DNA of 63,888 bases from Klebsormidium nitens (GCA_000708835.1 DF237017.1:140987-204874); one strand, 5' to 3'. Shown: positions 23,337-46,619, counted from the first letter of the stretch. Notes: generated by a model not told the origin, from the sequence alone. Numbers and translations: made by a program.

Positions 23337-26029
23337 ATGGCCTCAACCATGCACATTGTAGCAGCGAGGCTGCCCGCTTCGACCAACTGCCCACATTGCA
23401 CCACACAGGGTCAACTCCAAGAGCCGCAAAGTACACTCATTGGTACAAGCTTTCTACCTGGATTTCCAAGATGGTCACCAACAGCAACTTCAAGGAATTG
23501 GATCAACAAACAACGACGTGGGGCAGCGACAGCCAAGGCAGAAGCAGGTAAGTAGATGCAATTGGGCTATGATGAAGAAACAAGAATGCAGGGACGAGCT
23601 CAGAAGTAAAAACAGAGAGGTGGTACAGAATGCATCACGCGAGGGGTGATCAGTAGTGCTTCCCTGAATGCACTCAACAATCTGTTTGTGATACTAGATT
23701 ACCCCCCTGAGTGAACCCTCAGTCACCGTTTCAATGTTGAGATTGACTGGTTCTGAGCCCTCATTGGAGGCATGTTCGCACTGACTTTGCAGCATCTTAC
23801 ATGCCGTATGCCATCTGTCTAGGTCTTCCTTATGGTTCTCCACAGATTCAATCAGTGTCAATGCAGACTTCTATGTCTGCCCCTCGCCGTCATGAAAGTA
23901 CGATGTGAGGACTTCTTTCAGAGACCTGAACCAGTCCTGCTCTCCTTCAGGCGAGCATGTATCTCGGAGAAGAGCCCTGCAGACTGCCCTTTTGACCAGC
24001 GTCAGTGCCTTGGTCCCAGCGCTGACTGAGGCTCAACCGAGCACAGGTAAAGCAGTAGCACCTCGCTGGACGCAGCCTTCACTTGTTTCCCTTTTACGTC
24101 AAGTGTCCCAGCAATTCTACGGATTTGTTCAGACTCATGGCGAACTCTTTGATACATATTCTAGTGACAGAATCTAAACTTAGCAGTGACTAGAGTACGA
24201 GGCTGTTTATTTCTCACCCAAGTGACCCTCTCTTGTCGACTTTGTATTTCCTGAAGGAACACTCAATTGTCGGCCTAATCTAATTCTCGACTTTGATTTC
24301 CTGAACTTAGGAATACTCAGTCGTCAGTCTACCCTAACTCTCTTCCCCCATGAAAATAAGCAGAAGCCACATTATGGGACTGTTCAGCATGTTCGGGATG
24401 AATACAAGCAGGCAAATCAACATTTGCTGTTATGCTGAGGAAGCTGGAGCAAACTCAATTTGTCCTGTGCAAATTGCAGCCGCTTCAGACGACCCGCGCC
24501 AGCAACTTCTGGACGCGATCGCTGCCAAGAAGGGCGTTCAAGAAGCGATCGATCGCATTGCAGAGATCAACCCAACTCCAAAGCCCAACAAGTCGGACAA
24601 GGTTGACGGCAAGTGGAAGCTGTTGTGGAGCTCGGACGTCGCTGAGGTCAGCAAGGTGACAAGGTGAGTCCATAAACTGCGGTGTTTCATCTTCAGGTTT
24701 GACAATGCTCTGATTGAGGCATGAAATATTTTTCGTGAAATAATTCATCAAACGGTACGACTTACATATGTTTCTTTGTCCCCTCACGTCACCAGAAGTC
24801 TTCACGTTTGGCCGTTTTAGAAGTACGCCCGAGATTCTGGCTCCTTGACGAAACGAGATTAACGGATCATGAAACGACTACAGAGAACCAAGAGGGCTCA
24901 GAAGACGAAAGCGGACAAAAGGAGGAATCGAAGCGCTCGGATCGAGGGCTGGTCTCCTACCATGTCTGTCACCCCTCTTGATTTGCTTCCATCAAATACC
25001 TATATTGTGCAGACAGGCAGTCTTCGCTGAAAGCTTCCTCCGGTCTTTTGCTTCTTCCGCAGAGTCAGACCTTCAGACCCGATCTTGATAACTTCTACAG
25101 GCCCTGATTGTGAGATTGGCAAACTGAAGTTCGGAAACGGGGAATCTTGAACGGCTCGACCACTGTGTCCGCTCTTTGTTTGCAGTCCTTCCTTCGTTTT
25201 CCTTCTAATTCCTTTTTCATGTGCACATGGAGAGGAATACTTCGAAACCCCCGCAGGTTTCTACCGATCGGCGCCGAAAGCTTCCAGCTAATCGGTCCGG
25301 GCGGTGGTATCGGGAAGGGCCGCGCCCAGAATATTGTATCGATTGGGGGCGGAGCGGTGCAGCTGAAGCTGACGTCAGCATGCGTCCCTGACGAGAAGAA
25401 CGACAAGGACTTCGTCGTCGGGCCGCCATTCAAACTGGAGCTGTTCCTGGGCTCGAAGGCGCTGCCAATCTCTGAAGTAAAAGACGTGAGTGTCGAAGCC
25501 GCTGGAGCTTCGTGTTTCGCTACGTTTCTTCCATGGTTGTTCCTGCTTCGCAACTTGGTCCGGGTGATATCTATCTTCGATGTTCCTCTACGCTCACTGA
25601 GCATCGAACACTCTTCTCTTGCTCGTGCCTATCAACTCGGGCACCTTGCAGAATCTTGTCGTGCTCTGCTTTCCCTTCCGATCAGATGATAAGTGCAGGG
25701 AGTCGCCGGTGGGCGTCAATTATTTTGTTTGCAGCGCAAGCCTTTCTCATAAGTAGATGGAAACGGTCCACTATGAGAGTTGCAAAATTTGGTCTGAACC
25801 TTATTTGTCAATGGGGAAGTCAATGGACTCCTGCAGCAAACGCTGATGCCCACCGCTTCTTGACTTGCAGACAAATAGTGAAAGAACGCCGATTCTAGGC
25901 AACGAGTTGAACTACTTTGAGCAGGTTTACCTCGAGGACTCAGGGAAGCCCGGAGATCTGCGCGTTAGCAGAGTGCTGATTGGAGACGACCGGGTTGTGG
26001 GCAGTATCTTTGTACATGAGCGGGTGTAG
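23337..26029 (+). CDS. PAP/fibrillin-family plastid protein; exons ~23337-23547, 23951-24046, 24481-24664, 25257-25485, 25871-26029
   Basis: EINPTPKP...VDGKWKLLWS and C-terminal QVYLED...DLRVSRV...GSIFVHER are fibrillin hallmarks. Transit-peptide-like exon 1; phases match. Confidence 0.8.
24236..24340. repeat. Intronic tandem duplication, 2 x ~51 bp
   Basis: tcgactttg(t)atttcctgaa...ggaa(c/t)actca repeated at 24236 and 24287. Confidence 0.8.
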
Positions 26030-26710
26030 TGCGTGCCGTTTTATCAGAGATTAATATTCATCGTGCAACGATTCAGTCAGATTGTTTAAGGCTATGGCCG
26101 GAGGTCGTTTGCGTTGCCTGCTTGCGTGGTTACATAGATCGAACATGCATGGATTGCTAAGTGTAGATGCAACATTGTGATGCGTCAAGAATCCCGATCA
26201 TTTTCAGCGGAGAAGATTCTCAAACGTCCATTGGTCCTGACAGATCGGTCGAAGAAACTTGCACGTGCATCCTTCTGAACTGACTGACCAACATGGCCAG
26301 GTGTCCAGCGGATCCCGCTCCGCTCTCTATGCATGATCGGGTGTCAGAGGATCGCTTGCATGCAGACATCCACTATAATAGTATAACACTTTGATTGGTC
26401 ATGCATGACCCTTTGATCTGTCTCCACTGCGACTGTTTCGTCGTCAGTGCGGCCGGGTCGGACGCTATCATGATCAGGAACGGCGTACATGTGCTATGCA
26501 GGTGCTATACTCATGCAGCACCCCTGACATTGGGTCATTGAGGCGCAAATAGAGAATAATCATTGTCGACAAGTCAGGAAGTTTCATCTTACCTATGTAC
26601 AAGAACTGCTGCCAGTCTACTCTGGCTTCTTTTTTGAGACATCGGAGAGGTTGGAAAGTGTGGTGACCGGAGCATACAAAGCGTTTAGTACGTGAGTCCA
26701 CCAGTTGACT

Positions 26711-27563
26711 TTAAGGGCCACGGATCTGCAAGACGAGGTGATGCACCTTTTTGACGTCTTTGACACTCAAAAGCAGAGATGCTAAGAAAGTGTCTGAATC
26801 TCCATCAGCTACTTCACGATCCACTACATGACAACTGAAGGGCCAATCAGGCGAGGGGGATCTTGAACTTTCAGTGAGCATGATTCTGTCTGTACCTCAA
26901 GTGGAGCCTATCGCGAAAGTCTGGCAGTTTGGAGCACCGCAGCAATCGGAGTTAACAGAGCAGAATCCAGAAATAGACCACCACGATATTCTGAGTATAT
27001 CTTTACATACCTTCCACGATTGTGTAGCTGTCGCCAGGTGAAAACTGGTGGTTGGAGAAGAGGACGAGCGTTGGCTCAAATCCGTCGACCTTGATCTTGC
27101 CAGCGAAGGGCGCCAACTCCGGATCGTCTCCAACCCTTGTTCCCACTCGTACACGTTTCTGCCGATCATCTTGAAACTTCACGACGACCCTGCAAAAGAT
27201 TCAGGGTTGAGGCATTACTCTTCTAAACAGCCATTGCACTTTGGACTGAGACTGGATTAATATACTCCGACAACCGCCAGGAAGAATCTCTTCTCTTTGG
27301 GAAGTCTTTTTAAAGGGAGAAGAGGAATTGAAAAACAAAAGAAAAGAAAGATTGCGCGCATACTTAGTATCTCCTGTCTGGATTACGCTCGAAGCGTCTG
27401 GTTTGACGCCCTTGAATTCAATGAAAGACCACGCTTCGAGAAACACGCCGTTCCAGGATGATGGAACTTCTGTGAGGGCCAGCAATCTGACATTAGTCCT
27501 GGCAGTCAAGAATATTCTTAGTGGGCGGGCCGCTGGAGTGCTGAGAGCTCGATCGGCAGCAGC
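26711..27563 (-). CDS. Orphan spliced ORF, partial (exons 27563-27364, 27189-27011, 26823-26711); upstream exons likely in 27.7-29.3 kb
   Basis: Three AG/GT-bounded exons with matching phases (2 then 1) give an open ~160-aa product (...WNGVFLEAWSFIEFKGVKPD...KIKVDGFEPTLVLFSNHQFSPGDSYTIVE...). It is mostly missing from the ORF track and no family was recognised. Confidence 0.55.
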
Positions 27564-30476
27564 CTACCAAGACTGAAGTTGAGTGGACGGTGACCGTCAG
27601 TTGAAACTAAGAATGCTTTGCTCGTTACAAGCCGCCTGCTGCGCTAATACGTGCGTCCGGCGCGCGCAGAGATCCATCGACAGCACAATTGCCTGACGCT
27701 GATATGAAGAGTCTGAGCAAGAACTATTTGGCAGGACTGTGCTCATGACCATGCCACATCTGGTCAAGTGGTAAGATTCAATTTGATTAAGACGATTTTG
27801 ATGCACTGCTTGTTGAACGTCGCCTGCGGGCAACGATGTCACTCACCATTCCGGCGCCACGTCAGAGCTCTCTGCAATAGCCGCCCCTGCAGTGTAAACA
27901 TGGTCAAATTTACAAAGAGAGGATACTTTTTTTTAGTAACTCTACTGGCCTGATATTCGGGGCCAGGTAGAGTAGGAGTGTCAATTTCAAAGCAATGACC
28001 TTGAGAGTCCTTACTTGCAGATCTTTCATTTCAATGAAGTCTTCCCCTTCGCTTCCACCGATATTTTCGTACAGGCAGGAGAAACAAGGACATGCTGGAC
28101 TTAGACCAGCGTCTTTCTGGAAACCTAAGACTGATTCGAAGCACGATGAAAGCCTTGATGATACACAGAGTAAGCTGTTGCCGACTTACCGTCCGGGCTG
28201 TCTTTCCCAGCTGGAATCTCGCTTGGTACTAGATGCCTATTAACTTTCATATGCACAGATTGCAGGCATGCTACGACCAACCTAAAACCACTGCAAAGCT
28301 TGGAATATCCGTCCCTTCACAGATTGCTTGAGTCGAATCAAGCAGATGTAGGTGATGATTGAGCTGCAACAGGACGTCCTTCATTCGCAGATAAGTTCGT
28401 AGTCTTTACCGCTGTCTTTTGACACCAATGAGTCGTCTTTCAAACAAAATCTGCAGCAGCTTTGGAGCAGCAGGATGGCCGCACAAACCCTTTATTGAGG
28501 GGCCCGAGTCAGCCCCTCAGGACTTTGATTTTACTGCTCGCCACCACATCAACTCATCGCCAAGGTGTGAACAAAACACCCCTCAACTTTTCCTCTCTTC
28601 AGGTCCTACCCATTGTACAGAACCATTCAAGAAAGACAATAAGCTTACAGGCAACCTCTGACCTACTTCATGATCCGTGGACATTTTGCTCGGTACGGAT
28701 GAACCTGGGAATATGTCAGTGGTCATGGCCCGGCAGTGAAGTGAAGCGGGGAACTTTTTTCCAACAGAAAGCTGAAAATCGCTGATATACGGCCGCAACC
28801 AGGACTTGTTGATGTACAGCTTCGTATAGGCATTGCTTTCCGATCCATTGTTTGCAGCAACATCCAGTCGGCAACAACATAAAAACCACCTTGCTCATGC
28901 GGAGGGGGACATTCTCCAAACCGGACTCCAAACCCCGTCCAAACCTCTTCCTTTGCTTTAAATTGGTACGTGAGCTGACGTACGCAGCTTCACATCAGAA
29001 AATGTTCGACGTATTCCGCCACCCGGCCAGCCAGTACTACCTAGTGGACTTTGCCCAGGCATTATTACGGCTGCGTGTCGGACACGCGGCCGGCAATTTT
29101 CGGAGGCGGCCGCAGTGCGCAGGGTTTGTACAATGGTCTTAGCAGAAAATGGTGATTCCTGAATCCTGACCGTCGATCTTTACCCAGCCTTCTTATCGAC
29201 GGCTCGTACATATGGGCTGCTTCGTGTTGGGGCGATTGCATCTGACACGCACCGGAGCACGGCCTCATACCTGCCAGCCCATGCATGGAAGAAACCGGAG
29301 TCAATCAGCTTAAAAACTATAGCTACCGTAGCAGTGGTATGAAAGAGACTTGGAGGGGGCCGAGACTCGGGGGCCGCCGCGGAGAGACTTTGCAAGGGGA
29401 CTTTGTATTGGAAGCCAATTGGGTCTTGCAGCCATGCCTCCGATCAACAGGGTTACCATCTTACTAATGCTACCTGACAAGGATCAATGTGATGCCCGCT
29501 TCTCTAGCTTGCATGATTGATTGTGTAGATCCCGAGCTGTCGATCCGGAGAGAATTCATCCTTCTTGCATGTATGAGTGTGTACACCGGTACGCTAGCTA
29601 GTCCCTTATCTCCCGCGTATACCGTATACGGTGGGAAGAACCCTCAAGGAACACTTCCTGTAATCCTGTTATAAACGGAACTTGACCGTCCTAGCTGTGC
29701 ATACATATTTACGAATAAACGTACGCCAAGGTAATGCACTTCCTGGCTGAGCGAAGATTTGTTAAGAAGGGAGAACCGCAATCTCCGACACACATATGGT
29801 TAACAGCTTACTTGTGTTCCGATCCGCAACGGCTTAATTGAAGCCAAAGCTCTTGATAATAAATCAGAGCGTAGACACACCCCAAAAACGTCTTCCTCCT
29901 AGCTCTGAACTAAAAAGTCATTCAGAATCTACATGCAGGGTTGAAGTCGAAACTTGCCAGGCCGCCTGCTGCGCATATGGAGGTGTGTTCGGCAATTGAG
30001 CCACACGGTTCACTTATACATATGATGCACAATCACTGCCATGCAGTTTGTATGAGTTGATCATGTTCCGCCAGCGGCCCGGCCTAGGTAGGCTCAGGCT
30101 CCCGAGTCGGCTTGCCCGGCCTAGTTCGAGGGTTGCCTGTTTTCAGGCTCAAACCAGACGGTCAAGTAGCAGGGTTTTGAAGCGCGGCGCCTAGGCGCCT
30201 GGCGGCCAGCCTGCGCAAAGTGCCGTACAAGACGGTCCAAACCGTGAACTCGAAAGCCGGCATCGTAAGAGGCATACTGCGTCCAGGCGTATGATGCAGA
30301 ATGGGAGCGGATGGCGGAGGCCGTGCCATTACATACAGAGCCCAATAAAGTGCAGGCGCAGGCAGGATTACGGCCGCAACAGCCGAGGGTCACGTGGCGA
30401 TTCGTGAGCCTGGTGACAACGCCACGCCCAACTCATCAGGAACACATATCGACGAAGCACATCAGTATACCGGGTC

Positions 30477-40683
<10,207 letters not shown>

Positions 40684-41005
40684 GGCTGGCTATTTCGATT
40701 GCTCAACGCATACCACCACTAGATTGGAATGAACTTTTCCTTTGGACTCTACATGGCGCTCAGCCTCCTTTCGCATCCATTCAGCTTCCACTGCCAGAAA
40801 AGTGTCAACTTCAAGTTTAAGAGGAGATGATTTTCTTCCCACATTCGTCTCTCTTGAATCACAATGAAAGTCGCACCAAACATTTGTATTCGGAAGCCGG
40901 AAGAGCCGCTGCTTGACGCACCGTTTCTTCCACCTTTGCGTGTTGTTTTGCGGGGAAAGCTGATCCAGTTCCGGTGACGGCTTTCAAAGAGTCTGAAGAA
41001 CGTAG

Positions 41006-41358
41006 GTACGTAAGTTCACTAGTCTCAACTGCAACGTCATCATAGTTAAGAGCCTACCAAAACTAAAACCCTAAGGTCAAAATGAGAGCAGTAACCCGGT
41101 TTTGACGAACCCTAAGGCGTTCCGCCATAGCCCGCCCGCACCCACCCTAACCCCCCAACTAACCCCACCAAGATCAGTGGTTTGCCCTCTGGTAACCCGA
41201 CCATCCCCCGAGCACTCCATCTCCCTGCAACCGAGTGCCCGGTGAAATTTCGTACGGTACCGACCATTTTCGACGTGGTACAGTACCGCCGCACTGTAGG
41301 CTGTAGGTAACGGTGATGTCACGCTGACGTTGCAGTTGAGACTAGTGAACTTACGTAC
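41006..41358. mobile_element. MITE-like element (353 bp) with perfect 34-bp terminal inverted repeats
   Basis: gtacgtaagttcactagtctcaactgcaacgtca (41006-41039) is the exact reverse complement of 41325-41358. The ends are compatible with a TA or GTAC palindromic target. Confidence 0.85.
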
Positions 41359-41713
41359 TCTGCTGGGTCTGAAGTCCGGGTTTAACCGAAAGATTCCTTC
41401 TTGGTGTGCTTTTACCAGCAGAAAAAATGCTCACAGATTTTTGGGGCGTCATGGAAGGGGCATTTTCAGCTACACTCTGCCATTCTGGATTTCAGGGATC
41501 ATGCTACATACGTAGGAATGTCCAGGAAGAAGGCTTTGAGCTTGAGAAACCACTGTTTGTGCAGTTCCCTGAACGCTGCAAGCTCCTGATCATTGCAAGT
41601 CGGCAGAAGTTTGGGCTGGTAGATTGAGCTGAACTCCTGCCTCCTGGTTGGTTGAAGTCAAGGCCTTCGCACATTGTTCCATCATTGCAATTGCATGCAA
41701 GAATTGTGACCAA

Positions 41714-44700
41714 ATGGCTTTCACAAGAGTTTTTCAGGCGGGTTGTCATCATGAAGGTCTGATCCTTGTCAACACTTGGCAGAAGACTAGAACCAGGACG
41801 TGTGCTGGCAAACTCAGCGGTGAAGGCAAGTGCAGCCAATCCAGGAGGCGCATGCCAGCTACTCTTCATATGCATCAGAGATCCACACATCATACAGCCA
41901 CCACACAATCAAGTGATGCTTTGAAGCCCCCTCGTTCTCGTCCACCTCAATTTCCCTCATTGCCAAAGTTGGCTCCACTCCCCTTCAAAAAAATACAGCA
42001 TTCCTCAGTCACAGCTTACGCACATGCAGCTGGTCAGTCCGCCAGCTCAACTGTTCTGGCAGACACAGAAACGCCCCCCTTGCAAGCTGAGCTTGAGGCT
42101 GCTGTCGCAGCTGTTGAACGTGCTTGCCATTTGTGCCTGAATGTAAGGGCCAGCATTCATGACGATGGAGAACTAGACGAGGGGGACGCTCGGCTGAAGA
42201 AGCAAGACGCAACGCCGGTGACGGTGGCAGACTTTGGGGTTCAAGCCCTGATTAGTCTAGGTAGGATGACTGTTATTGTTTCCTTGATCCTGCTCGAGCA
42301 GATTGCAGGATCTGTTCTTGCAATCTGTAGACCTTAAGCTGGTCATCTGGTGGGGCCAGTGAGAGCTTACAAAAGTGAACTCCACAATGACTAAAATGCT
42401 TACATCAAATCTCTTCAGTGAAAGCTCATGGGTTTCCTGTACGATTGTTTCGGCTCAAAGTAAGAGATTCTTCCTGCTCTCTACAGAGCTGCGGCGCCTC
42501 TTCCCTGACGTTCCACTGCTGGGGGAAGAAGACGCAACTCAGCTGAGAAACCAGCTGAAGGAAAGTTCAGCGCCAGGTGGCAGTCTTGCGGAAGCAGTCA
42601 GGGCAGTTGTTGCCCTGGTGGCGCCCGCTGACTTGGGTTCGATCAGCGTCGACCAAGTGTTGGACGCCATTGATGATGGGCGAGCCGAGACCACTTCTCA
42701 GGACAGATTCTGGGTGAGTGGAGTCTCCTGATCAACGGTGACATCTGTGCCAAGACCGCTTCTCAGGACCCTTTTGCCTGTTGTCAAGGTTTCCTTTTTA
42801 AACTGATGTGGTCAAAGCCCCGTTTCTGTGTGGAACGAGGCAGAAAGAGCAGGTTCCTTTCAGAGAATGAAGGCTTGGCAGCCAGCTGATGTTTCCAATC
42901 TAATCCTCTGAAGGAGCGGACAACGACAACCAACAACCATTACATCAAGGGACGACATTTTAAGGGACCAGAAGTACATAATCTGCGACTGGGGATTGAT
43001 GGGCGTATTCCAATCGCTTCAGGGATCGGCCCCAGTAACGTGGAACCAGCTCACTGCAATCTGCTCGTTTCTACAGATTTTGGACCCGATCGACGGCACC
43101 CGCGGCTTCTTGCGAGGAGGGAAGTCCCAGTATGTAGTGAGCTGACCAATCTACTTTCACCATCTCTGAATGCTGTGCCTCTTTAAATATGGAGGGAATG
43201 GTGAAGCATCCGTTGAGTAAGCGTTTTTCGTTGGAACGATATGTTGAGCCAGAGTCGACGTATGAATTGGAGCATGAGGCTAGGGAAGAGTTTCCGCAAG
43301 TGCAAGGTGCACTCTCACAAAGGCATGTGGCTCGGATGCCATTGTAACATCTAGTTGCAGGGGCCACGCAAAGGAATTGCGCGTGTGAAACGGTCGGGAG
43401 AGGGGCGCTTTTTATTGCGCATGTTGACATAGAACGTTTGTTTCCTTTACATTACTCAAAGTTGTTTTTGGCACCATTACACGTGAAATGCATTTTAATG
43501 GCTCCGATATCCTGACGTCTCCCATCCGCCCAGTTTTAGCCCAATCTGGGCAAATTTCAAGCTCAGAGGGGGAAGAAACGAAACATATGCGTTTGCCGAG
43601 CTTGCGTTTTATATTCAGACAGCATAAGAGCTTGTACAATCTGAAGGAATAAGGATCTACGCATCTGGCATGCTTCGCCAGTGCTTCGACCAACATTTCC
43701 ACTTCGGTCACCGTTTAGTGCATGATGATAAATTGTCTCCTTCAGTTTAATGTTTTCGGGGGCACTGAACGACGATCTCTTCCCGTCCGTCGACACATTT
43801 CCCTTTCCCTTTCCCTTTCCCTAGCTTTGACAGATAGACATTGCTAATGTTCCCCTATGCTTGCAGATTGCCCTCGCTCTAGTTCAAAACGGCAAGGTGG
43901 TTCTTGGAGTCTGTGGCTGTCCCAACATGAGTGGGGCTTCTCTCGAGTGTGATACGTGCGTGCCCGACGCCACGAGAGGCCCTGTAGAAGAGGCGAGCAC
44001 GCAGGAAAACCCTAGGGATCAGGGGGGAGAATGCACGTCCTCTGAAGAACGAGGCCCTCTCGATTCAAATGTTCGGGGGCTGATTGTGTATGCCAGTCGG
44101 GGAGAGGGTACCTGGGTGCGGGGATTAGAAAAATCGGACGGTCTGACGTCCACGTCAGGAAGAGAGTCTCTTCAGTCGGACGAGTCGGAGCGTCGAGCAG
44201 CTTTAGACGCCGGTCGAGAAGGAGCCTTTTCTCACTCTGCCTGGCTCCAGCCTCAGCGGGTCAGAGTGGACGGTGTGAAAAGGCTCTGGGACGCGCGGAT
44301 CTGCATATCAGACCATGAAACGTGGGGCGAGTTGCCCCTGGCGGCCGCGCTCGCAAGCACCCCCCATCCCGAGGACAGCGATGACGAGGGGGGGCGTTTA
44401 CACCACGCCGAGGAGTGGGAGGCGAAGCAGCTGCCGCTGTGCTGTGGAAGGTACGTGTGAACACGGACGCTTTATGGAAACCGAGAATCAGGTCCTGAAA
44501 GGATGTTGCTCGGTTCAGTGTCTTGCTTCCTGATATGTGCATGAGTTCTGAAGGGCCGGTACACTTGAGACACGTTTCGATACCAAGGCACCGATGCACC
44601 TTTGGGCGCTATCTCTCAATCTTTCGCGACCCCTCCAGTTCCAGTCAACTGCAGCTCATTGTCGACCTCAAACTCGATCCCGAAAGCCTCCTTTCGGGCC

Positions 44701-45591
44701 AGAAGAAGCATGATCGACCACTCTGCTAAGGCGCACTGCTCTGTCAAATGACCTTTGAAGAAATCCGCGGATCAGAGTCGCCCAGTCGCTGCTTGTTTCC
44801 GTCTCCCACTTATCCGCATATCTACCCTCACAACGACATGGCCGGATAGGGGAAACTGCTGAAAACCGTCCCCAGACATTCAGATCTGTCGGCCACAGCA
44901 GCGCATGCTTCAAGAAGCATCTGAGTTCTCGGTCTGTGTTTAAAAAACAATGCACGCGTAGACCCCCTCCTCGCGCCCTTTCTCGTAGTTTCCGAACATG
45001 CACGTTGCCGTAAGGGTAGGCGCCGACTCAACCACTTTAAAAAGTGGCGCTCGAGTTCTGAGATTGTCGAAGCTTTATAACGCGCTGTTTTGGCATGACA
45101 CGTCAGCACGATTCATATCTCTCTCGCAGCATCTGCAAACATATTGCCGTTGCGTTGGCGCTGCCTCGGCTGTCGACCAATGCACCGTCTCCAGATCGAC
45201 GTTCGAAACTAGCCGCTGCAACGTTTTAACGCACTATCTTCACATAACCTTTTTTCTCTCATATACTCTGTCATATGAGAGTATCCTCACATAATCTCTC
45301 TTTTCCCGCAGCATCTGCAAATACGTTGCCGTAGCTCTGGGCGCGGCCTCGGTCTTCGTACAGCACCCGGTCTCCAAACCAACGCTCAAAGTGTGGGACC
45401 ATGCAGCGGCGCTGATCTGCGTCACAGAGGCCGGGGGGCAGGTTACTGATCTTGAGGGGCTGCCGTTGCAACTAGGCACGGGAGAGAGCGAGTTCGCTCC
45501 GGGTGGAGGCGGGGTGATCGTAACTAATGGAGGGTTGCATGAGTTGGCGCTTGAGGCTGTGAGGAAGGGCCAGCAATTGCTCGTGAATTGA
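41714..45591 (+). CDS. 3'(2'),5'-bisphosphate nucleotidase / PAP phosphatase (inositol monophosphatase family, HAL2/SAL1/AHL-like) with N-terminal transit peptide; 5 exons
   Basis: KKQDATPVTVADFGVQA, LLGEED, FW-ILDPIDGTRGF, CCGS-ICKY and KVWDHAAALICVTEAGGQVTD motifs. Confidence 0.9.
45121..45220 (+). repeat. Degenerate copy of the last-exon acceptor and exon start of the PAP phosphatase (period 182 bp)
   Basis: cgcag|catctgcaaacatattgccgtt... vs the real cgcag|catctgcaaatacgttgccgta... at 45312, roughly 70% similar over ~85 nt by eye. Confidence 0.85.
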
Positions 45592-45598
45592 GGGTTCA

Positions 45599-45648
45599 TA
45601 TTGAAATAATACAACGGAGTCCTTATTGAAATAATACAACGGAATCCT
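45599..45648. repeat. 2 x 25-bp tandem repeat just after the stop codon
   Basis: tattgaaataatacaacggagtcct / tattgaaataatacaacggaatcct. Confidence 0.9.
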
Positions 45649-46119
45649 TCTAAAGGTTTAGGAAAGCGAAGGTAACATTGAACAACCGAAGTGTTGCAAT
45701 AAAAGCCTTGAGTGAAGAGGATGCTGGTCCTGCATGAGAGAGAAGGCCTGAGAAAGGGGGTTTCATTCCAAAGTCGAGCACCACTCACAAAGGAGCGCTT
45801 GGAGCTCAATTGACGACCTTTGCGGGCGACTACCGTCATGCTTGCCGCACACGGCCGGTCAGTCCGCGGCCGCCCCACCGGCACAACCCAGCGTCATTAT
45901 GGAGTGGCCTATACTAATAGCGTCTAGACTCTATACCAATAGCGTTCCGAATTTGCAAATTCCACTTTGAAATCCGGATCTCCGCCTTTCGCATGTAGCA
46001 AATGATCTAATCATTTGAAATCATGGTCTTATTACAATCAATCATAAGCTACACTTAGTTTCTTGACCGTTTCACCGATATGGAGAGGGTCTAATCATTG
46101 CAGGGCAGTAGGGCCCCGG

Positions 46120-46619
46120 GTACATACCTAGTACATAGTAGGTACTAGGTATTACCGGTAGATACCGGTATACTGGTACGGTACGACAGTGGTACCTAAA
46201 CTCTCGTGCGACGTGTGACCTATTAAACGGGCGCATTCGAGCTACCGGGGCGCACAAAACCAAAAATCCTAACCGAGAAAATCACAGGCTCCGCACCACC
46301 ACTCACCCTATTAAACCACCTTACCTACCCCACCCGTCCCCTGGGCGTTTAACTTCAAGTCATATGCCTCTACAGTCACACAAGAGTTGCCATAGTGTAC
46401 ATAGTGAGTACGGTAGGCAGTAGGTAAGTACCGTAGTACCGTTCAAAAGTACTTGAAAGTAGTTAGTGCTGACTCCCGAGTCCCGAGTGGTGTGTTAAAC
46501 TTGATGGGTATCTTCTGTACAACTGAAGGACACAGGTACGGTACCGGCATGTTCCTGATGAATTACAACGCGTAGTGCCTTGTACGCAGCAGGGACCCCG
46601 GACCCAGCGGTACAGGTAC
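46120..46619. promoter_or_regulatory. Cluster of 17 GTAC motifs (possible CuRE/SBP-box sites) upstream of the MTPSL gene
   Basis: 17 GTAC counted in 500 bp, about 2 expected by chance. A regulatory role is inference; transposon-derived low complexity is an alternative. Confidence 0.35.
46213..46381. mobile_element. Degenerate MITE-like element carrying the shared C-rich core
   Basis: Short inverted ends gtgtgac/gtcacac and ttaaacg/cgtttaa around gctccgcacc...caccta...ccccacccgtcc (46288-46339). Confidence 0.45.

Noticed and set aside
30160-30210. Possible hAT-like end (cagggttttgaagcgcggcgcctaggcgcc)
   Set aside because: No matching opposite terminus or target-site duplication was found.
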